DNA of 64,000 bases. Source: the human T2T-CHM13v2.0 reference genome, Homo sapiens. The notes beneath the pieces were generated by a model that ran no database searches, was not told where the DNA came from, and worked only from the letters and a program-made list of their open reading frames with translations. Location: the NCBI RefSeq assembly GCF_009914755.1, contig NC_060946.1. One strand, given 5' to 3'. The position numbers were made by a program, and so were the translations under genes. Below, in pieces: positions 54,191-64,000 of the stretch; position 1 is the first letter of the stretch; every line of letters starts with the position of its first letter.

Positions 54191-54568
54191 AACTATACAA
54201 CACAACTATGCAATATAACTATGCAAAACAACTATACAACACAACTACACAACATAACTACACAATACAACTACGCAACACAACTATGCAACACAACTAA
54301 CACAACTATGCAACACAACTACACAACACAACTACACAACACAACTATGCAACACAACTAACACAACTATGCAACACAGCTAACACAACTACGTGACACA
54401 ACTACGTGACACAACTACACAACACAACTACACAACACAACTACGCAACACATCTATGCAACACAACTATGCAACACAACTATACAATGCAACTATGCAA
54501 CACAACTACACACCACAACTATACAACACAACTATGCAACACAACTATACAACACAACTATGCAACAC
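54191..54568. repeat. 13-bp minisatellite, about 30 copies
   Basis: Unit AACTA(T/C)(G/A)CAACAC, with a few 9-bp AACTAACAC variants. Confidence 0.95.
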
Positions 54569-54719
54569 ATTTCTACATAGCACATGGGTCAAAGAGGAAG
54601 GCTCAGGAAAAGTTAAAAGGAACTAAATTCTACTTTCAATAATCACTTTAAATGGGAACATTCCAAATACAGCAATTCAAAGACAGTTTCATAATGGATT
54701 GCAAAAAAAAATCCAACTT

Positions 54720-55305
54720 CAGCAGGTCCTCAAATAATGTCACTTTGTTCAACATTGTTTCATTACAATGTTGATGAGAAAAAAATTGATTCCCAAATGG
54801 AGCTACTGTCTGTGTGGAACTTACGTGTTCTCCCCATGTCTGCCTGGGCTTTCTCCAGTTATTCCAGTTTTCTCCCACATCCTAAAGATGTGGGTATTCA
54901 GTTAATTTGCATGTCTGAATTGTGTGAGTGTGGAGGGGGGTGTGGGTATGCTCTGAAATGGGAGGGTATCCTGTCCAGGCATGGTTCCACCTGTGCCCAG
55001 AACTGCCAGGCAGGCTCCAGCCACCCATGACCTTGAACTGGAATAATCGGGTAAATAAATATCTTATTTGTTTTTATTGATCTTTCTTAAGTGTATGTAT
55101 AGCTCACAATAATTTCAATGTTTAGTATTAGTGTTTGGGGATTTTATTTAGAAGTCTGGTGTTTTTGTGAACAGAAATACGCCGTAGCAACAAAACTCTT
55201 GTTTGTACCAATTATCCTGTGGTAGAATTGGTTTCATTATATGTCCTTTCACTTAAAGTCACAATTTCTAAGAACCTGTCCACAGCGCTAAGTGAGAACG
55301 TACTG
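54720..55305 (+). mobile_element. MER6A-like (TcMar-Tigger) DNA transposon nested in L1
   Basis: CAGCAGGTCCTCAAATAATGTC...TTCTCCCCATGTCTGCCTGGG...TAAGTGAGAACGTACTG followed by TA; imperfect terminal inverted repeats. Confidence 0.75.
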
Positions 55306-55460
55306 TATGTATTGTCTACAAGAAATCCCATTTTAAGTATAAAGACTAGAATAGATCAAAAGTAAAAGGATGGAGAAAAATGTACCAAACTAGCACCAAT
55401 CAAAAGAAAGCTTGAGTAATTATATTAATTTCAGACATAGCAGACTTCAGAACAAGAAAA

Positions 55461-55841
55461 ATGATACGGGAGAAAAAGGGGCATTACATAACGACAAAGG
55501 TTGACCCTCTAAAATATATAACAATCCTTAATGTGTATGTACCCAGCGAGAGACAGTCAAAATACTCAAGGCAGAAAGTGATAGAACTGAAGAGAGAAAT
55601 AGACAAATCCACTGTGACAGCTGGAACCTTCGACACGCTTCTGCTGCTGACAGGCAGATGCAGCATTCAGAGGGGCGTGGTTGCACTGATCGCCTCAATC
55701 ATCCAACTTGATTTAATTGGCATTTGCAGAAAGTTGCACACAATAACAGAATACACTTTCTTCTCGAGTTCAGATGAAACATTCACCAAGATAGACCACA
55801 TTCTGGGCCATAAACATACCTTTAAATTTTTTAAAACATAG
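55461..55841 (+). pseudogene. LINE-1 ORF2p APE-type endonuclease remnant (open stretch within a dead element)
   Basis: ITILNVYVP...EIDKSTVTAGTFDT...FFSSSDETFTKIDHILGHK aligns by eye with L1 EN motifs (LNIYAP, GDFNT, YSKIDHI); GDFN is mutated to GTFD. Confidence 0.85.
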
Positions 55842-55951
55842 AAATCAGATAGACCGTGTTCTCAACTAACAATAAAATTAAACTAGAAGTAAATAGCAGG
55901 AAAATATCTGGAAAATCCCAAGCCATGTGCAGATTCAACAACACACTTTTA

Positions 55952-56291
<340 letters not shown>

Positions 56292-56341
56292 TCAAGAAAA
56301 GTTTAAATGAACTAAATGAAATTAAAATGCAACATATCAAA

Positions 56342-56695
56342 GAGGCATTCTATAAAAGTCCTGATCAGTATTCTTCCAAAACAGGGTCATCAAAAACAAG
56401 GAAAACCTAAAAAACTGGCAGAGCCAAGACAGCCCAAGGCAACATGATGACTAAAAGTAATGTGGGATCCTGGAAGAGAAAAGGAATGTCCGTGAACAAC
56501 TCGAAAATCTGAATAAGGTATGGATTTTAGTTAATAATACTGTATCTATATTGATTTATTATAATAAATGTGCCACATCAGTGTAAAATGTTAATAATAC
56601 GAGAAATATGATGTGGGATATATGAGAACTCTGTATCTTTGCAATTTTCTTTTAAACCTGAAACAGTTCTAATGTCTTAAAGTTTATTTTATAAA
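56342..56695 (+). mobile_element. L1MD-like 3' end nested in the ORF2 of the older L1
   Basis: GGTCATCAAAAACAAGGAAA...GATGACTAAAAGTAATGTGGGATCCTGG...GAACTCTGTATCTTTGCAATTTTC; flanked by degenerate direct repeats AAAATGCAACATATCAA / AAAATATAACAATCAA. Confidence 0.7.
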
Positions 56696-57816
56696 AATAT
56701 AACAATCAAATTTGTGGGATGCAGTGCAAGTGGTATGTAGAGGGAAATTTATAGCATTGAATGCATGTACATATTAGAAAGAAGAAAGATCTACAGTCAA
56801 TCATCTATTCTTCATCCTTAGGAAGCCAGAGAAAGAAAAGTAACGGAAGCCTAGAGCAAGCAGAAAATGAATAAATAACAAAAAATACAGCAGAAATCAA
56901 TGCATTTTAAAAATTAGAAAACAACAGAGAAAATCAATGAAACCAAAAATAGATTTTTAAAAAAAATCAATCAAGTTGAAAACCTCTAGCTAGTCCAACC
57001 AAGAAAATAAGGGAGAAGATGCAAATTACTAATATCAGAAACGGGAGAGCTCTATCTCTGCAGGGTCCTGTGAGCGTTAAAATGGAATATGATGAAGAAC
57101 TGATTCCACACCTGCAAATGTGGTAACTTAAATACAGTGGACCAAATCCTTAAGTCTACAAACTATCAAAATTCACACATGGAGAGACAGAGAGCTTGAA
57201 TGGCTTTATATCCATAAATGAAATTGAATCAGTCATTAATAGCCTTCCAGAAAACGAAGCCTCAGGCCCAGATGTTTCACTGGTGAATCCTATCAACCTT
57301 TTAAGGAAGAAATGATACCAATTCTTCATATTTCTGCCAGAAACTAAAAGCAGACAAAACACTTCCAAACTCATTCTACAAAGTCAGCATTACACTAATA
57401 GCAAACCAGTTAAAGATGTTAGAGAAAGGAAAATTATACACAAATCTCACTGAAAAGCACAGATGCAAATAAACCTAACAAGATATTAGTGAAAAGCATC
57501 CAGCAGTGTGTAAAATGAATGATAGGCCACAGTGAAGTGGGTCTTACTCCAGGCATGAATTATATTCCTTTTTCAAAGTTCCTCACCACCTTGTTGACTT
57601 TCTGAACCTGTTAATAATTTGTGGTTTCTATTGTACACAGCTGTTGTCCCTGTCTTCAGAGGGATTGATGGATCAATTGAGTTGGCCCGCCATAACCAGA
57701 AGCAGACTCTTTGGTCTGTCTTTATTCCACTTTGAATTTCCCAGCATGTGGCAAATTACTGGGTACTCAGCAGGGATTCATTAAATATTAGGTAATTGAG
57801 TAAATAAGTAAGGAGA

Positions 57817-58131
57817 TGATATGGTTAGGCTTCGTGGCCCCACCCAAATCTTATCCTGAATTGTGATTCCCGTGATCCCCACAGGTCAAGGGAGAGACCA
57901 GGTGGAGGGAACTGAATCCTGGGGGCGGTTCCCCCATGCTGTTCTCATGATAGTGAGTTCTCACCAGATCTGATGGTTTCATAAGGGGCTCTTTCCCCTT
58001 CACTCGGCACTTCTCCTTCCTGCCGCCTAGTGAAGAAGGTGCCTGCTTCTCCTTTGCTTTCTGTCATGATTGCAAGTTTCCTGGGGCCTCCCCAGCCAAG
58101 CTGAGCTGTGAGTCAATTACTCATTTGTCAG

Positions 58132-58163
<32 letters not shown>

Positions 58164-58483
58164 CCCACGACAAAGTCTCACTCTGTCACCCAGGCTGGAG
58201 TGCAATGGCACAATCTCGACTCACTGCAACCTCTCCTCCTGGGTTCAAGCGATTCTCCTGCCCCAGCCTCCCAAGTAGCTGAGATTACAAGTGCACGCCA
58301 CCGCACCCAGCTAATTTTTGTATTTTTAGTATAGATGGGGTTTCACCATGTTGGTCAGGCTGATCTCGAACTCCTGACCTCGTGATCCACCCACCTCGGC
58401 CTCCCAAAGTGCTGGGATTACAGGCGTGAGCCACTGCGCCCAGCTGGCAGTTCTTTATAGCAGTGTGAAAATGGACTAATACA
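57817..58483 (+). mobile_element. THE1 (C/D-like) MaLR solo LTR, interrupted by an antisense Alu
   Basis: TGATATGGTTAGGCTTCGTGGCCCCACCCAAATCTTATCCTGAATTG...TTTATAGCAGTGTGAAAATGGACTAATACA; 5-bp TSD GGAGA on both sides. Confidence 0.9.
58141..58445 (-). mobile_element. AluS (Sc/Sg-like), antisense
   Basis: Poly-T plus reverse-complement Alu; TSD GCAGTTCTTT at 58131-58140 and 58447-58456. Confidence 0.95.
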
Positions 58484-58906
58484 GGAGACAATATGTCTTT
58501 TTTTAATTTTTTGTAGTGATTGCAATACATAAATAATGTTTTCTTACTTTTTCTAGTCTCTGAGCTTCTGAAATGTGGGAACATTGTTCTTTCTCACACA
58601 TGTAGCTTAGGCTAAGCCTGAAATTTTGTTTGGTGTTGAGATAGCTGGGATGGAGCTACACTGAAGACCGTCTGGTGGCGAAAGGCTTGCATTCTTTTTA
58701 TGCAAATTGCATGCTTCTGAAGGCAGACAATTGGTTTAAGTTGAGTTGATTGTATTTGGATTAGTGGGAGTCCAGAGGCCAGGGAGGGTGGGGCAGGGGA
58801 GAGAAGGGCATTAAATAGCAATGAGCTCTGAGAGTTGAATAGGGGATGGGAAGGTGTATGTGCCAAGGCCCTGAGGCAGGCAGCGCAGCCTTCGGAAGTG
58901 AAAGTT

Positions 58907-59418
<512 letters not shown>

Positions 59419-61174
59419 TCATGAGGCCACGTGGGGCCTGAAGGCCATGTTTGAAGGGCCGGCCTTTAATCTAAGAACAAGGGGAAGTCATAGAAGGAAA
59501 TTCAGCAGCAAGAAAAGCTGGTTTGTCTCTATCTGCAGAGGTTCTGGGAACACCGCATGGTGGTTTTGACTGGAGTGGTGAGAGTGAGGACAAAGGGAAG
59601 ACAGAGGCTTTTAGATTCATTTAGGAAATCAACAAGACATGGCAGATAACTGGATGTTGGGAAGCAGGTAAAGAGGAGGATGTGTCTGGAAAAATGCCCA
59701 GGTTTACAGCCAGAGTCACTGAAATTCAGGAGACAGTGAGCCAGGTGTGGCTTGGGGCGAGATGGTTTTGACAATGAGAAGAGAGAGGCCCCAGGCCAGC
59801 AGCAGTGAAGGCTCCACCTGGCCAGTGGCGGAGCTGCAACCCTGGAAGCCTGTGCCGGCCTCTACGGGCCCCACTGCACCCTCCGTGCCATGAACCTAGT
59901 TGCTGACCCCCAGGTCACAGCCAGGCAGGAAGGAACAGAAGCCATGGAGGACCTGAGGGTGTGGCCAGCAAAGCCCGCGCTGGGATCCATGTTGGAAATG
60001 GAGATGGGATGTATGGGACAACAAAGGGCTCCTGGTGCATTGCTGAGGTATCCTGGGCTCCCACAGGGGCCACACATGGATTTGGTGTGGAAGTGTCCCC
60101 CCAGGCTCCGTGTCCCAGGCTCGGGGCAGAGCCAGCGCCAGTGGTTGGGAGGTTCAGGGAGCGTTTTCCAACATCAGCAGCTAAACTGTGGAGCCCACCA
60201 CACCCGGCATGTCCCAGGGGAGGCTGAGGGACTCTGTTAGCGTTCACAGGCGGCACATCCCCCAGGGCAGGAGGCAGCCCCTCTGGCCCCACGATGTGTG
60301 GGTCTGCAGTACCTGGTCAGCCCTGCATCATGGCTGATACACACTGACGTTCCAGGATGAACCTGTAGGCGACAAGCAAAACCAAAGTGTGGAGCCTCCC
60401 TACCCGAAAGAAGCACCTGGCAGCGCCAGCCTCAAGCCAGGACCCCCTCGGCACAGCAACACGACCGGCTCCCACCCGCCAGCCTGCATTTGAGCCTGGC
60501 TGAGAGCCGCAGATAGCCCGCCTTGGTGCAGGCTCACTGCCATCCGGCAGACGGGGCCTCCAGCAGGCCGCCCAGAGCCCTTGTGGGTGGCGTCCGTGGG
60601 TGGATGAGGAGGCAGGCTCTCCCTCCCAGGCAATCCCTCCCTGTCCTGAGATTGGCTCCGGCGACCATCCCCGGTGCAGGCTGATGCCTCTGTGTCTTTG
60701 CCCGGCTGCCTCTCTTCCTCCTTCAGGATTCCTCCCCAGCAATGCAGAAGGGCCCCATGAGGGCCCACACAGGGCATCTGCGGTCTGTTGGGCTCAGCCC
60801 AGAGCCAGTAGCACCTTGGAAGTCTGTGGTCAAGGTCAGTTCTTCATTCACCTGCTTGGAAAAGCAGCACTGAGCACCCTCATGGGGTGCCAGGCCTGGG
60901 GCAGCCACTGGGGCACCAGGGAAGCAGCGCCCATCCCCAGTCTCTGCTCTGGGTCCCTGTAGCAGGTGATTTGGAAAGTGGGATGTATTTGCTAGAGTGA
61001 GGGGTCTTTAGCTTAAAGGACGCCTTCCGGGCCCCATTGTAGATCCCCATTCCCCTCAGCCACCGACCACAGTGCCCAGCTTTTGTATTCCCACTGTTCT
61101 CACACACACAAGGCTGATCTTGTTCACATGCTTATTTCTGAGCTTATTGTCTGTGGTTGCACACACACCCACAT

Positions 61175-61246
61175 GCAGACACATGCGCAGACACACGCGC
61201 AGACACACGTGCAGACACACATGCAGACACGCACAGACACACACAT
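61175..61246. repeat. 12-bp GCAGACACA(C/T)(G/A)(C/T) short tandem array
   Basis: About 6 degenerate copies. Confidence 0.85.
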
Positions 61247-62700
61247 CGCCAGCTACATTGTGCCGTGATGCACCCAGGATAAACCCACTGTCCAGCCCTG
61301 CGGTTGTCATTGGACCAACAAATTCCACGTCTGATAAATAACATGAAATGCTGCAGGGTGGACGCCCAAGATCTGTACCACAGAATTACTGATGACAGTG
61401 AGAATTTAAAAAGACCCGAAATAGCCCGCCATGGAGGAATCACTGGCTGCCTTCGGCTGCATCCACATCAAAAACACCTTTGTAAAAAGTTGTGCTCACA
61501 TCGAAATAAATGACGAAACAGAACACAAAATCTTTATATTCAGAGTATTATTGTAACGACAAATACAGGTGTTTATGACGTTGGCAATGCTGGGCTGGGA
61601 CCACATGGTGCAGCCGTTTGGGGGACATCTCAGGAGTCGGGTCCCTGCAATGCTGTCTCAGCTGCACCCCTGACTTGCTGGGGATTTGGGGAGCCAGGTA
61701 GCCTCCCAGAGCCCCCAGGGTGGTGCATGAAATAGCAGCATCTGCCCCAGGGTTGTCCTAGGAGTGAGGAAGACACCAAGTGAGGAAGGCGCCCCACGCA
61801 AGGAAATCAGAGGGAGGCCTGGCGCACGGCGTGCAGTTGGCTCTTTTATTTTTTAAGACCAAAGAAAAAGTCTAGAAGGAAGACTATACCCCAAAAAAGT
61901 AGAAATAGTTGTTTTGCTTGAGTAACTAAATTAGGTATTATTTCCTTTTAACTTTTTTCTGTTTTCTGTAACTTGCATGTTAACACTTTCACAATTGGAG
62001 GGAAAAATACACCTCTGAGAAAGTGAAGTCGTTCCAGGACAGGCTCACCGAAGTCCTCCAGGGCCAGGCAGCCGCACGGGGAGAAGGCTGGGCTGCATAG
62101 GCAGGGCTGCGGAGCTGAGTGCTCAGAGCCACTCCGGCCTCCTCTTCAGTCTTGTGAGAACCCTTCAGGCCTGGGGCCCCCGGGAGAAGCAAGCACCCCT
62201 CCTCTTCAGGTAAATCCACTTCAAGTCACTTTATCCCCCTCTCTCTGAGAGCTGATTGCAGCTGAGATCGAGCCCTGAGGACGTGCCAGGATCCTCCAAC
62301 GCCTTCTAGAACAAACACACCACCCGCTTGGCACTGCCAAACAGCCTCAGAGCCTCAGGGAGGCAGTTGGCTCTGTCGCTCCAGCTCTCTGCATTTCTTT
62401 TGTCTGTTTAAGCCTAAGAAGATCACCTTCCCCAGACACTGTTCTAATCACCACTCTTTGGGGCTACTACAGCCCTCCCAGGTGTTGGGCAAACCATTAT
62501 CTTCTTGGGATCACCCAATGTGCGGCATCCTTCCTCCTGCCATCCTCTATCTTTGTAGAATTGGTGACGGGAGCCTGAAAGCCTCCCGGGTCTTCTAGGA
62601 GGCTAGGACTGAAGCTCGGTGGCCCATGCTGCCGTGGATGACATTACAAGTGCTGACCTGAAACCTCTGGTGGACCACAGGCATCCTGGGCAGACGGGGC

Positions 62701-63103
62701 TGATATGTATGGTTTGGATGGCCGTCCCCTCCAGATCACATGCTGAGATGTGATCCCCAGTGTTGGAGGTGGGGCCTGCTGGAAGGTGTTTTGGTCATGG
62801 GGGTGGACCTCTCATGAATGGCTTGTAACTGTCCTTCTAGTAGTTAGTGGGTTTTCACGAGATCTGCTTGTTTACAGTGTGTGGCTTTTCTCCCCCAGCT
62901 CTTGTTTCTGACATGTGATGTCCCCGCTCCCTCTTTCTTTGCCTTCCACCATGATTGTGAGCCTTCCAAGGCCTCCCCGGAATCAGAGGCCAGCAGGATG
63001 CTTCCTGTACAGCCTGCAGAACCATGAGCCAATTAAACCTCTTTCCTTACAAATTACCCAGTCTCATGTATTGCTTTATAGCAGGGCAAGAATGGCCTAA
63101 TAC
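62701..63103 (+). mobile_element. MSTA/MSTB-like MaLR solo LTR
   Basis: TGATATGTATGGTTTGGATG...CTTCCTGTACAGCCTGCAGAACCATGAGCCAATTAAACCTC...GGCCTAATACA; TSD GGGGC/GTGGC. Confidence 0.88.
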
Positions 63104-64000
63104 AGTGGCACCTTGGGCAAAATGTTTTTAGTGCCTTGTGTTTGCGGTGCAATTTCAGACCAATCACAACATATTTGCATCCCTTGTATGTGCCAGGCTT
63201 AGAAACTATGCTGGGTGATTTTGCAATGCCCAAGGCCCTTCCTTCCAGGAGCTAGAAATCAAATTGTGATGGTTGGGTGGGAGCGTGTCTGAAGAACCCT
63301 GCAGGAAGCACGGAAGGTGCCCACAGGCCCAACCAGAGTCTCCTCAGGGCTGAAGTCTGCCACACACCTCTGTCAATCCAGAGAACCCGGAGGGTCCCCT
63401 CATGCCAGCCCGAGCTGCCTCCACCCCGGCTGGTGAAGCATCTTTCCCCATGACCAGGCCAGGCTGTGGGCTGCTGAGTGGGGAGGGATGTGGGCCGGTC
63501 TATCTCTCTCCTCTGTCCACCCCAGAGACAGGAGCAGACAGTGGTGGGCCAGGCCTCCAAGAATGACGTCAGAGGAGACATGCGACTTGGCTGAGATGTT
63601 GCAGGGGGAGCAGGATGTCGGCAGACTGGAATAAGATGGCCAGACCATCCAGGGAGGTGAGCAGATTGGCAGCACCCGCCGAGGTGCATCTCCTTCAGGC
63701 CTTGGAGCAGACAGTGCAGTGTCCTGGGAGGCCCACACCCAGTTAGAGCCTGCGGAGGCCACAGAGCCACTCTTCAGCCCTCTCGGGATCCGGAAAGAAA
63801 AAGTCTCTGGATTCCATGGCATCCCCACCCAGGCACACGCCAGCCTCCGCCTACATTTGCTGGCTGCTCCTGTCTGCCTGGACGCCGCCCTTTCTACATG
63901 GGCCTTGCAGGAGCCTCTCCGCAGGGGAAGAAGCAAGGTCCAGCTTGGCGAGCTGAGTGAGAAAAGGTAGCAAAGGGGAATGAGCATCACTGGGAGGGTG

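Overview
This is primate non-coding genomic DNA, almost certainly human (it carries an AluYa5-type element). I find no credible protein-coding exon, RNA gene or CRISPR array. The ORF track is explained by chance ORFs in GC-rich sequence, tandem-repeat read-through, Alu-derived ORFs and decayed LINE-1 ORF1/ORF2 remnants. The first ~40 kb is moderately GC-rich unique sequence with Alus, L2/MIR, MaLR/ERV LTRs, a MER30 and several minisatellites. It also contains short AT-rich, TF-motif-dense islands that resemble conserved developmental enhancers. From ~40.4 to 57.6 kb there are two old plus-strand L1MC-type elements with many nested insertions. I cannot name the locus or a host gene, and I see no evidence for a new gene system. 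The best observations concern repeat genesis: (i) at least six minisatellites, most traceable to a segment of an old transposon or a rearrangement junction, several with two-length units and higher-order structure; (ii) a 13-bp VNTR formed at the junction of a local templated insertion; (iii) a 74-bp TSD-flanked, A-tailed retrocopy of a MER41-like LTR 3' end; (iv) a young AluYa5; (v) a trimeric Alu close to an inverted Alu. Repeat family names come from my recall of consensus sequences and need RepeatMasker/Dfam confirmation. Coordinates of old repeats are approximate.
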